A stretch of 63,881 bases of DNA, the filler included, from Folioceros fuciformis (lineage: Eukaryota): assembly GCA_049999805.1 (NCBI GenBank). It is 5 parts of 5 records of this genome, joined end to end, with 100 filler letters (N's around TTAATTAATTAA, not from the genome) between each part and the next. Parts side by side here need not be neighbours in the genome. Positions count along the whole stretch, not along the records: positions 1 to 17,506 come from JBNGIO010005941.1; positions 17,607 to 43,131 come from JBNGIO010005948.1; 3 more parts are not named here. One strand, given 5' to 3'. The notes under the pieces are model-generated. The model had not been told where the DNA came from and did no database searches. It saw only the letters and a program-made list of their open reading frames with translations. Positions 12,168 to 22,865 of this stretch are shown piece after piece. The translations under genes and the position numbers were made by a program. Within the stretch, counting starts at the first letter, position 1. Every line of letters begins with the position of its first letter.

Positions 12168-13897
12168 TTAGAAGATACTCCAGGGATCGTCCCACCCCTT
12201 CGGACCTTCCCGCTTTATAAAGGCGACCATTGCTTGGACTGCCTCGGTCACCCGATTCGACAAACCGTGGTTGCCCCATGGGATCTCAACTTTCTCTGCT
12301 CCTCCCATGGCATCGCACAACCTGTCCAAGGACATGACCCCCCAAGGTTTACACGTACATCCAAAGTTGAGATGGAGCAACAAGCAATACAACAATCGGA
12401 GGAAGCTGGAACTGAAGACGCTGCCAAGATGNNNNNNNNNNNNNNNNNNNNNNNNNNNNNNNNNNNNNNNNNNNNNNNNNNNNNNNNNNNNNNNNNNNNN
12501 NNNNNNNNNNNNNNNNNNNNNNNNNNNNNNNGAATATGACCTGACATGATGAGACAGCAGGTCCCGCTCTGTGATAAGAAAATGCATCCAAACTCCACAT
12601 GCTGGCGGGCAGAGAGGAGCGCACACGAAAACGGAGCCAACCTGGCACGGAATCATTGACATGTGACCCAGTTTCAGGCGCAGCTGAGCATCTGTTAAGT
12701 CTGAGCTGAACATGTCGTCATCGCCTAAATATCCAGCAAGGGCTCGAAATCTTTCCACAGCACGAGTAAAAATCAGTCCACAGAGTCTTATATTCCATGC
12801 ATGCAAAAAAAAACTGATGTAACACCTGTAGGCAGTGATTGGGGCATCGGGGTTAGCCTCCCGAGGCATCAACTCATTCGCTCTGCCATCCTTTATCATA
12901 CTATCAGCCAAGTCCAGAAAAGCGGCCGTCCCAGGCATGGTAGCTTGGTATTCTCTATCACTAACAGGTGCCTGCAGAGGAGCCACAGACTGCTCGGTCA
13001 CAAACAGCAACGTGCATACGTAACCCTGACCAGTAGTAGCAAAAGGAGAGCGTTGCCACCTGCAAGATGGCACCTCGAACAGCTCTTGAGCAGCTGCTAC
13101 CCAGGCGTAGATAATTCACAATGTCCTGTTTGCCCACGCAACACACACTCAGCCTACAAAAGGCACGAACTAGAGACGAAGATATCACACGAAAGCCAAC
13201 CATACATGCCTGGCAACCTGTGCTGTGGCCGACTAGCATAACGCCTTCAGACTCCTCCTCATTTATGAAGTGGCTGATCAGTTGTTCCAGCTCGGCGGCA
13301 TCCTTGAAAGAGGAGCCAGGATGAAAAGAACACCACCATCATCACACGATACGCAGCCAGCAACAAACCCCTCCACAAGTTTGAAAGAAAACCTCAAGCA
13401 TACCTGGCTCAAACTCGAGATACCATATCCAGAGTAGGAAGACGACATCAAAACCTGAACAAGTGACCACTTTTCTCCTTCCAAAGCACGGGCCAAGGGC
13501 TCCACATAGCTAGCAGATCGGGAACAGGTCCAGCCGCAGTCAAATTCAGCCACTCCGGACAGACTGCAAGCTAAACACGCCAACAGAAGTAGAGCAGACC
13601 AGGCAGGAGGAGACATACTCAGTTGCAAAGAAGCCATCGGTCAAACCCCCGATGAGAATAACCTGCCTCTTGAACTCCCCGTGACGAAAAGCAACCTAGC
13701 GCAGCATGAGAAGGGAAAATTCAGTCGCCATTCTGCCACGATGCCAGAAACTGGAAGTCGCATACAAGACGTCATCCTGTTCCACAGCACGAAATTGTGG
13801 TGCGCTGGCGCTGGCGCTGGCAGGAATGAGCACAAACCTGCACGGACTTGGGCCCGTACTTGAAGAGCACGCCCTTGAGTTGAGCTTTGGGAGCCAT
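12168..13897 (-). CDS. DUF1749/UPF0613 alpha/beta-hydrolase-fold protein, multi-exon, spans an N gap
   Basis: LKGVLFKYGPKSVQ, FIGGLTDGFFAT, LVQVLMSSSYSGYG, nucleophile elbow GHSTG, LQAPVSDREY, PITAYR, DDMFSSDL, GNHGLS, GWDDPWS. Possible upstream ATG at 14113. Confidence 0.88.
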
Positions 13898-14655
13898 GGA
13901 CTTGCTATCCTGCTCCTGCACCTGTACCTGCTCCTGCTCCGCTGAGATGGTGACCGTCTCGCAGCATGAGATGATCCACGACCGCGTCCTCCCGCTCTTG
14001 GCGATCGACAGCAGCCGGAGGGGCGCACTCCTCAACGTTTCATTCGCAGCGCCAGTGATCTGAGACGGAGCGAGAATGCGAGCTGTGGGGGACCCTGGGA
14101 CGGCGTGCAGCATCGCTTGGTGCCCCTCCCGGCGCACTGACTACTCGGCTCAAAAAAATGTTTTCATCCTGTGCCAGTCTCCACCTTGTCGAGTCGGGTC
14201 ACGACCCATTTTCTCTGCCCTCACGCATTTGTCTTTGTGTTACCTTGTCCTCGGGAACACCAGATGCAATGGTATGTATGCACTTCATGTTATAAAATAA
14301 AAAAAGCCCTACACATCATAACGAGTATCCAGGCCTTGTTGCGACTGCACATGATGGGCAGAAAGTTTGCTAGCCTTCGTTTCAGACTTTGCACGTTGAC
14401 AATTGCTTTCCTTTTAGGAAGCTAGAAGCGGCATAAATCTTACCCGAAGCTAGCTAATCCGGATCAGCAGAGCGGACGAGAAGACACAAATTTTGGACAC
14501 AGGGTTTTTTAAGGCGCAGCGAAAAGGAAATGATGCTTATGAACAACAGAGTAAAGCGAGGACAGGATTTAGTAAAGTTTCAACTGTACAATCCATGACT
14601 GTCAGTAAGCCTAGATCAGATCTGTTCTGTTGTGAAGACAAGCTTCGTCCGCTCA

Positions 14656-15237
14656 CTGGGACGGAGTTTCCACGCCTCTGCTCAACAGGCCTGTGTCTCA
14701 GTGGAGGAACTGGTCCAAATATTGGTCGATTGTGCGGTAATGCACCTCCGGGTACAGGTGTGTTGCCTCCACTTCATGAGGTGGAAACTCGAAGTTGGTC
14801 TGATCTCCCTTGACGAGGATGCTGTATATTATGGCAAGCAGAAGGTTGTTGGGAAGAGGGGTTTCTGCAAAGGCACATGAACATGCCATGTGCAGCACAG
14901 CCACAGGTTAGCTCCATAATTGAAGTCTATGAATGACGAGCTTTGACTGGGACGGAATTTCCACGCCTCTGCTCATCAGGCTTGTGTCTCAGTGGAGGAA
15001 CTGGTCCAAATATTGGTCGACTGTGCGGTAATGCACCTCCGGGTACAGGTGTGTTGCCTCCACTTCATGAGGTGGAACCTCGAAGTTGGTCTGATCTCCC
15101 TTGACGAGGACGCTGTACATTATGGCAAGCAGAAGGTTGTTGGGAAGAGGGGTTTCTGCACATGCACATGAACATGCCATGTGCAGCACAGCCACAGGTT
15201 AGCTCCATAATTGAAGTCCATGAACGACGAGCTTTGA
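14656..15237. repeat. 291-bp tandem duplication containing the last intron end, terminal exon and stop of the IFR-like gene
   Basis: Stops at 14698 and 14989 are 291 bp apart; near-identical peptides; both copies keep the TGCAG acceptor. Confidence 0.95.
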
Positions 15238-16349
15238 CAGCACAACCTAGAAGGGCTGGAGAGCAGCAGGCAAGTTTACCTTCAACCAGCTTGAGCACAT
15301 CATCATCCTCGAGTTGAATCTTGTGGAGATGGTGGCCTGACTTCTTCTCCCACAACTCCACAAGCTCCTTGTGGCTGTACGCGTTGTGTGCGGGTCTGAT
15401 GTAGAGCGTCTTGTTTTCAGCTCGGGGGTCCACTGAAGCTTTCACTGTGTATGTCCCGACGTCGTCCTCGTCCAAGAAGTATGCTGGCAGCAAGCACGTA
15501 CCGATTCGGTCACCATAATAAATTGAATTGTCAGCCCGGAACGTCTCCGGACGGTCATGGTTGTCCAGGGAAGGGAAGGGTTGCTAGCACCGCACCTTTA
15601 GCGTGACCGTACATGACAGCCTTGTCTTTGGGAGGGGAGTGCAGACCATCCTGCCCCAGCCCTGCCACGAAGTAGCCTGCGAAGCAGTTGCTGGACACCA
15701 GGGTGTAGGGGATGCCTGCAGCCTTCACCTCGTCCTGAATGTGGGTCATACCCGTGAAGAGAAACTCGACCGGAGGCAGAAAGCACGACTTCCGGGCATC
15801 ATTTCCGAACTCGGAGGGAACGAACCTCTGCCCCAGCCACATTGCCCGCGGTGAGCCCATACACCACACACCGGCAGAAGAAACTCGACACAGACGAGGA
15901 GGACCCATTCACGCCAGCCTGAGGCAGCTCACGTGCACGTACCTTGATGTGGCCCACGTGCTTAATGGCCTCAATAAGCTTGACTTGATCCTTCAGCTGC
16001 CCCCCGCCCACAGCCGATATGACAACGTCCACCTTCCCCAAAGCCTCAACCAAGCTCTTGTGGTCGTTCAAATCTCCCTGCACCCGCACCCAGCACGTGA
16101 GGAAATCACCCAACCTACCACCACAACCTCCCGCCCGCCGGGAACCAAAAAGCTCAGCACCGCCACATACATGCAGAAAAGTGATCCCGGCCTCCTTGAA
16201 CGAGTGAAGCAAGTCAGCCTTGCTGGGGTCCGTCTCCGTGCTGGGCCTGATGAGCGCGAACGTGGGGTGGCCGCCTTGGCGCTAGCCTTGGCAATGTGCT
16301 TGCCGATGTAGCCGGTTGCGCCCACCACCAAAATTCTTTCGTGCCCCAT
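14989..16349 (-). CDS. Isoflavone reductase-like / PCBER (PIP, NmrA family) reductase; apparent 1-nt frameshift at ~16271
   Basis: ILVVGATGYIG (GxxGxxG), GDLNDHKSLV, VDVVISAVG, RFVPSEFG, IPYTLVSSNCFAGYF, DEDDVGTYTV, LYPEVHYRTVDQYL; KA(G)HPTFALIR lacks one G. Confidence 0.88.
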
Positions 16350-16486
16350 ACCAGAAGCAGGAGAAACGAATGCACTGCAGATGACGGAACTGGTCACTGC
16401 TTCCACTCCCGGGTCGCTGTTGCTGCGCAAGCTGCTGCTGGGTGCAGATTTCAGTGATACAGCAATTCCGGAAGGCCAGCTTTAAG

Positions 16487-16730
16487 TACTCCGGGGAGGG
16501 GGACGCCAATACAGTGCTCCACATTCCTAGACATCGGAAAGTGCAAGGTAGGCTAGCCGGCAGCTTCCCTTGTTGAATACTCCGGGGAGGGGGACGCCAA
16601 TACAGTGCTCCACATTCCTGGACAGCTTCCCTTGTTGGATACTCCGGGAAGGGGGACGCCAATACAGTGCTCCACATTCCTAGACATCCGAAAGTGCAAG
16701 GTAGGCTACCCGGCAGCTTCCCTTGTTGAA
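16487..16730. repeat. Tandem repeat (about 91/62/91 bp units) in the IFR-like promoter
   Basis: Three copies of TACTCCGGG(G/A)AGGGGGACGCCAATACAGTGCTCCACATTCCT...CAGCTTCCCTTGTTG; the middle copy has an internal deletion. Confidence 0.9.
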
Positions 16731-16799
16731 AACAGCGAGTCCCCAGATCAATCTCTGGTTCAGTACATTAGCCTATACAGCCTTCAAGCATGACAATAC

Positions 16800-17506
16800 C
16801 TTGCTGTGGATAAACAATATCTCGACCATCGTATTATCCTATATATCCTGGGATATACTTAGAGCATTCTTAGTCTAGATGTTGTTGTTATAAAACCCTA
16901 TGGGTTTCTAACACTCCCACTTAACACATCGACGATTTAATCTTACTCAATTAACCTTAACATCTTGCTAAACTTCATATGCTTCTCTAAGGTTAGATTT
17001 TTGGTAAGAACATTAGCAAGCATATGAAGGATCATGGAAGCTACATGGTGAAGGAGGAGAAGAGGAAGCAAGGAGGAGAAGAGGAAGCAAGGAGGAGAGG
17101 AGAAAGAGAGGTCACACCCTCACATAGAGTCTCAATATGGAAGGGAGCTCAAGGGGATATTTATACCCTCTAGAAGAGCTCCTTAGGAAGCTTCCGACAG
17201 ATTAGCTTAAGCTAATATAAACTAATGGTACTTAACTAGACACTAATCTCAGACTAAACATATTAGTCTAAGCACATTGGGCTTTAATAACCCTACAACC
17301 TCCCACTTAAAGGCCAATTTACCTTCATAGGAGAGTGGTCTACCTCATGCCTATGAGTGTCCGAGCTTGTGCGAATTGCTCCGAAGAGAGCCCCTTGGTA
17401 AGAATATCTGTAGGGTTCTGACTAGTATGAACTTTGATAAGCTGCACCCTTTTGTCTTCCAACACCTCTCGAATGAAGTGATACTTTACTTCCACATGTT
17501 TGGTCT
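16800..17506 (-). mobile_element. Two stacked Ty1/copia 3' ends (RNase H end, PPT, LTR start)
   Basis: TKHVEVKYHFIRE...NPTDILTKGL (17506-17340), PPT AAGTGGGAGG then TGTAGG; a second LANVLTKNL...* (17020-16943) with PPT AAGTGGGAG then TGTTAG. Lower boundary approximate. Confidence 0.8.
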
Positions 17507-17606
17507 NNNNNNNNNNNNNNNNNNNNNNNNNNNNNNNNNNNNNNNNNNNNTTAATTAATTAANNNNNNNNNNNNNNNNNNNNNNNNNNNNNNNNNNNNNN
17601 NNNNNN
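17507..17606. other. Artificial contig linker (also 43132-43231, 56865-56964, 62148-62247)
   Basis: N44-TTAATTAATTAA-N44, a stop in all six frames, identical at four sites. Plain 100-N gaps occur at 12432, 46810 and 54814. Confidence 0.95.
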
Positions 17607-18707
17607 TAGATAGGTTCAAGCTCTCAGATGCCCGGCCTGCCCCAACACCACTTTCAGCTGGAATCAAACTCACCTCAGCTGACAGCCCCACAACTGAGGT
17701 AGAAAAGGAGGACATGGCCAAGGTCCCTTACCTTAGCGCTGTTGGCAGTCTTATCTACTTGCATGGTTGGACACGATACGACATTTCCTATGCTGCCTTT
17801 AGTGTAGCACAGTTCATGTCTAATCCTGGCAGGGCACACTGGATGTGCGTGAAGAGAATCTATCGTTATTTGAAGGGCACAACTCACCGTGGAATCACCT
17901 ACAAGAGGTCAAGTAACGGAGTGCTTAACTTTGAGGGCTGGTCTCATGCCGACTGGGCATCAGACCCTGATGCTCGTCGAAGTGTTGGGTCTGATGCTCG
18001 TCGAAGTGTTGCAGCCTATGTTTTCACGCTGGGAGGATCAGCTGTACCATGGTCAAGCAAGAAGCTTGCCACGATTTCTACACCTAGTGCTGAAAGCGAA
18101 TATGGAGCCCTATCCAAGGCCGAAAAAGAAATTGTACACTGCAAGCAGATCCTTGAAGATCTTGGCTACCCACAAGCTGACCCCACTGTTCTACACTGTG
18201 ACAGCACTGCAGCTATTGCTTTAACCAAGGGTGACAGATTTCACGCTAGAACAAAGCACGTAGAAGTTGCTTATCACTTTGTGAGGCAGCTTGTAGCGAG
18301 AGGTACTGTCAAGCTTCTATACGTTCCTACAGAGTCTAACTTAGCCGACCTCCTCACTAAGTCGCTAGGCAAAGCCAAGCATGAAGCACTCACTTCAGCC
18401 TTAGGCCTCGCGGACCTCAAGAACCTCATCTGATTCTTCATCTCTTACAAGTCTTTACAAGTCTGGATGCTAGAGCTGAGCGGGAGTAATGGAGTGAGCG
18501 GGAGTAATGGAGTGACAGTCCAAGACCCGTCACCAGCAGCTCTTCATCCAAGAGGCATCAACCAACAGACATACCTCTTCACGTAGCCCCCTGCACAGAT
18601 TAAGGACACACACGAACGCTCAACATTGTAATTATCCCGACACTCAATGAAAGCACATATCCATCTTCAATTTAAATAGCAGCGAACGCCAACTGGTTTC
18701 CTCATCA
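17607..18707 (+). mobile_element. Ty1/copia RT/RNase H 3' end with PPT and probable 3' LTR
   Basis: VPYLSAVGSL, TRYDISYA, ADWASD, WSSKK, SAESEY, LHCDSTAAI, RTKHVEVAYHFVR, NLADLLTK; purine tract GAGCGGGAG after the stop; LTR end approximate. Confidence 0.9.
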
Positions 18708-21296
18708 GCAAGATCTAACCTTCTACCAAGACTGGGCCGACAGCTTGACGCTCTACGTGAACGATTCCTTAGGTGAGACAGTGTTGCGCTTTTGCACAAA
18801 ATTTGCAGCTGGTTATCCTGCTTGTGGAAGCCTTTGCTGGTTTCTGATCATGAGAAGCTGCTTCATATTGCCATGGCCTCAGTTTTCCAGATGGACAGCG
18901 CCAACCATGACGTGACGCAGGCTTGGACAGACAGCGACCTCGCCAACTGCTCCATCGTGGACATCACGCTCTATGTTACGAACGTCGCCAGTGTTGTGCT
19001 TCTTCTCCCGTTCGTTGGCACGATTCACCTCACCAGCAAAGGGAACACCACTACCAACACTAGTTCAGACTGCGTACAGGGAATGCGCTTTGCCGCCACC
19101 GTCCTGCCCCGGAACTTGCAGCAGTTTGTGTCATATGGGGCGCTCTCCCCCGGCGGTTGTAGTGGACTATTCCCCGGCGCCCATTTATACTACAATTGAA
19201 CGGAAACGTCAGTCAGATCCCAACTATTACGAGCACATCTTCTCCTCGAATCCCATGGGCAACCCCTCTGCGATTGGTACGTGCGCCTGGCCGAGTCTGG
19301 ATTTTCTCCCTCCCAACAAGCTCGAGTTGTTGTTGGCCCTTGTGGTGTCACAGTTAGAGTACTTGTGGTGGCCTGATGAAGGACTCGCTGCCCACCTTTG
19401 TCTCACTCCACTTCAGCCTTCAACTTCACGGTGAACGAGAACAACGTCCTCTGGGTTAGCCAATCTGATTTCGACTCTTGCAACGTCTCCAGTCAGCCGC
19501 TGGGTAACTTCAGCGTGCCCAACACTGTCATTCCTCTAGGAGCACACGGGGACACGTACTATTATATTGATGGAATCGGAGATAACTGCGAGAATGGCCA
19601 CATGAAGCTGAAAGTGCAATTGCAAGTGGGTACGTTTTCTGGAAACTTCTTTCACCTCGCCTTGCCTTGCCTTGCCTCATTATTCTCCTCTGAAGTTGCA
19701 CGCTTGCAGTTGGTATGCTGAACCTCTCTGTGGCGGATGCGCCTGGGCTCTGGCAGGTGATGGCAGCCCCGAATCCGGATCCAGTCCCAGTCGCAGTCCC
19801 AGTCCCAGTCCCGGTGGGGGGGAGCAGAGAAAGAAGTTCCCATTGACCGGTAAACCCATCTTGCTTGCCGTCCATGGTTTTTCTGGACCAGTACTGAAAT
19901 ATAGCAATCTGTTCCGGTGGTTGCAGTTGTGATAGCGACCGTCGTCAGCATCATCTTCATTCTTGTGCTAGTTCTTTTAGCCATAGCTTTTCGGCACTGT
20001 CGGCGGCAGCATGGATCTATTCCCAGAGGCAGGTATCCAGAACGTCGTTTTCTGACCAGTGAAGAAGTCAGGAAGGCTCATTATGCCTCGGCTGCCATCG
20101 GCTTTTGAAGGGGCATGCTAGTGGACTCGGAGCCGCATTCACCGTCTTCACCTATGATGAGCTGAAGCGAGCAACAAAACGTTTCTCTGCAGACAACGAG
20201 GTTGGGAGAGGAGGGTTTGGCACAGTGTACAAAGGAACTCTGGATTATGGCACAACCGTAGCCATTAAAATGGCAAAGCATGCCAGTCATGTGGAGTCCT
20301 TCGTAAACGAGGTGGCCATCCTCTCACAAGTGAACAACAGGAATCTCGTCAAGCTTCTGGGTTGTTGCGTCTAGGCGGACGTGGATCCGCTTCTTGTGTA
20401 CGAGTTCATTCCCAATGGGAGTTTGCAGGATCACCTATCAATAGCACAGAAGGGCTTCCAAACCAGGCTTGACTGGAAAGCACGGTTCAAGATTGCTTTT
20501 CAAACTGCTGAGGCACTCAAGTACTTGCATGTTCAGGCAACACCACAAATCGTCCATAGTGACGTGAAGTCTGCCAACATCCTACTAGTCGACCACCTTA
20601 ATGCCAAAGTTGCGGACTTCGGGCGTCTAAGCTGGTGGATTTGGGAACCACACATGTGTCCACACTTGTGAAGGGAACTCCTGGCTATCTGGATCCGGAA
20701 TACTTCCACAACTTCCAGCTTACGGACAAGACAGATGTGTACAGCTTTGGGGTTGTGCTACTGGAGTTGATCACGTCCAAGAAGGCGATTGACCTTTCAA
20801 ATCCTGTTGGGGAGCAGAACCTTGCTGTGCGGTCAATCCCCTCCATCAAGAGTGGGCGGGTCCGTGAAATCATTGACTCGAGTGTGTCGTCGTCTCTGTC
20901 ACGAGAGGCGTTCCAAGAAGTTGAGGCAGTTGCAAGGGTGAGTCACTTAGCTGTCAGGAGACGTTCAGTTAAGCTCAGAGGAGAAAGGAAACCAACCGTC
21001 TGTGGTGGTAGGTAGCGGTGGCATGCCTGGTGTTGTCACGATCATCAAGACCGACGATGAGCCAAGTCGTGGAAATGCTGCAAAGGATCAAGGGGTCCAA
21101 CCTTAAGGCTGAGGAGTTTTACAACCAGGTGGATCTTATCCCCAGTGATTGGAGGACAAGTGAGATGCAAGCTCATGGCATCTCGTCTACAGATTCCGCG
21201 TCAACATCCACCCGAACTTCTGTCCGGGAATCGGAACTGGTGCAGAGCCGATCAGACCCAGATGACAGTTATGACCTGGGAGAATTTTCAGCTTGA
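18708..21296 (+). pseudogene. Receptor-like kinase with two phytocyanin/ENODL-like ectodomains, Pro-rich stalk, TM helix and WAK-like non-RD kinase; disrupted
   Basis: FYQDWADSLTLYVNDSL|VFQMDSANHDV...NC...DCVQGMRF; FNFTVNENNVLWVSQSDFDSC...YYYIDGIGDNCENGHMKLKV; TM VVIATVVSIIFILVLVLLAIAF-RHCRR; kinase [48 protein letters not shown]. Stops at 19197 and 20372; frameshifts at ~19210 and ~20623. Confidence 0.8.
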
Positions 21297-21959
21297 TCAG
21301 TGCCGGAAGTCAGCGCTTGCTGGATTTCAAACACCTCGCTATCGCAAATTTGAATCCCCCTCAGGCGTGCTCAACAGTTTCGAGAATCGTTTACTTTGTG
21401 ACATTCAGGCTTATCGGACTACAGGGTAATGGAGGAGTTTGGCACTCTCGATGTAATGCTGATATTTCTGCCCACCCTTGAACTCATTTTGAAGAATTGA
21501 GGTAGACCCTACATTGCAATGGTATAAGATCATGTGATTGCATACTTTCTGCAGATATTTACTTTCCCGACGAAAAGAACGGACTCGTGAGGCGGTTTCC
21601 AGGTCAGATCTGTCGGTCGGACGGCAGCGGGTGTAATTTTCAGAAGACCTGTAGCACAAAAAATCTCCTACCGCAGGATCCAGATTGCTGCGATGGCAAG
21701 TCTCAAAATAACCAAGCTGCAAGAGCTTGATAGCTTTGAAACGCAGCAATGGAGGGCGTTCGCAAACCACATCTCCCATTTGCAAACTATGGTTACTGTT
21801 GTGCACTTTCCATCTCCAACGAAGCGAGCACCCCCCCACCCCGATCTTCCGCTTCCAACTTGCGAGAGTAACAGATCTTGGGCCATCGGGCTGCATGCTC
21901 TGTGATCGAGGGAAATCGACTTAGAACAGATACGATCAGATGACAAAATCTGTTTGTGC

Positions 21960-22420
21960 ATCGACAAACCGAGGATATTGACACCTTCACTGGGCACATA
22001 GGTAAGCATATACTGTATCTCCTTCCCTGACACACCTTTCCCAGGTCACACCTGTCACGAGTGGGCGAGGGAGTGGGCCAGGAGGCCCTTCATGTGTGCA
22101 ATACACACTATGAAGGAGAAAGGCATGATGGCTGCACCTAGTGCAAGTGACACATACTGTATTTGAGCCGTCCTCCTGCAGGTAGAGTGTGGATGCGCAA
22201 ACCAGGCCGGCTATCATGGCAGTCTTATCCCCACATTTTCTTCGCCAAACACTGTCTGAGCTGAGCTTCTGTTATCTTCCAAGCTGCCATACTTTGCCTT
22301 CGTACTCAACAAACTGCTGGCCACAAGCTATCTGCCTAAAAGCTCTCGCTGTCTAATCTCTACACGAAGGTCGTACCCCTCTCCACTTGCCTGCAGGAAG
22401 CAAACAAGGAGACACCAAAT
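21960..22420. pseudogene. Scrambled PPR fragments in both orientations
   Basis: Plus strand: GQEALHV...MKEKGMMAAP. Minus strand: LVASSLLSTKAKYGSLED...TAMIA. Both resemble the PPR genes at 28-34 kb. Confidence 0.5.
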
Positions 22421-22865
22421 GGTTTGTACTAGTGCCTCCTCGTTGCACAGCATTGGAGAGATGGAGGGGTTCCTGCACCAGACCGTGCGGGGAAGCACTG
22501 CAAACAAGGCATTCCAAGTTTCACACTGTTTTGAGCAAAGTCCGTCAGAGACTCCCGAGCATTCTCCAAGCTCCCACGCTCAGTATACATGTATACAAAA
22601 CTTCTGCCCCAGAAAACATCAGCCTCAAGTGCTCGTTCCCGAACTTCAGGAAGCATGCCGATGCTTCCTCTTTTTCGAGGCTACGGTGCTCAAAATCGCA
22701 CGTGCCTGCTCAAACTGCAGGAGTGGGTGTTTCAGGTTCGCTGGGTTTCGCCTCAGGGCCACAGGTTGGGATATGTGAGAGCGTCGACGGAACAAACGTC
22801 CATGATGCCATCGGAGTGGGCTGCCATTTCAGCATCATGAAGTGGGAGCGTTTGTGCTTCCCCAT

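Noticed and set aside
16487-16730. CRISPR-like repeat-spacer appearance
   Set aside because: The intervening segments are copies of each other, there are no cas genes and the context is eukaryotic; it is a plain tandem repeat.
17551-17562. Conserved palindrome TTAATTAATTAA recurring four times
   Set aside because: Always centred in N runs; a synthetic spacer.
19197-20374. Premature stops repaired by U-to-C editing
   Set aside because: Plant U-to-C editing is organellar, the expected residues are Trp and Glu, and frameshifts coexist.
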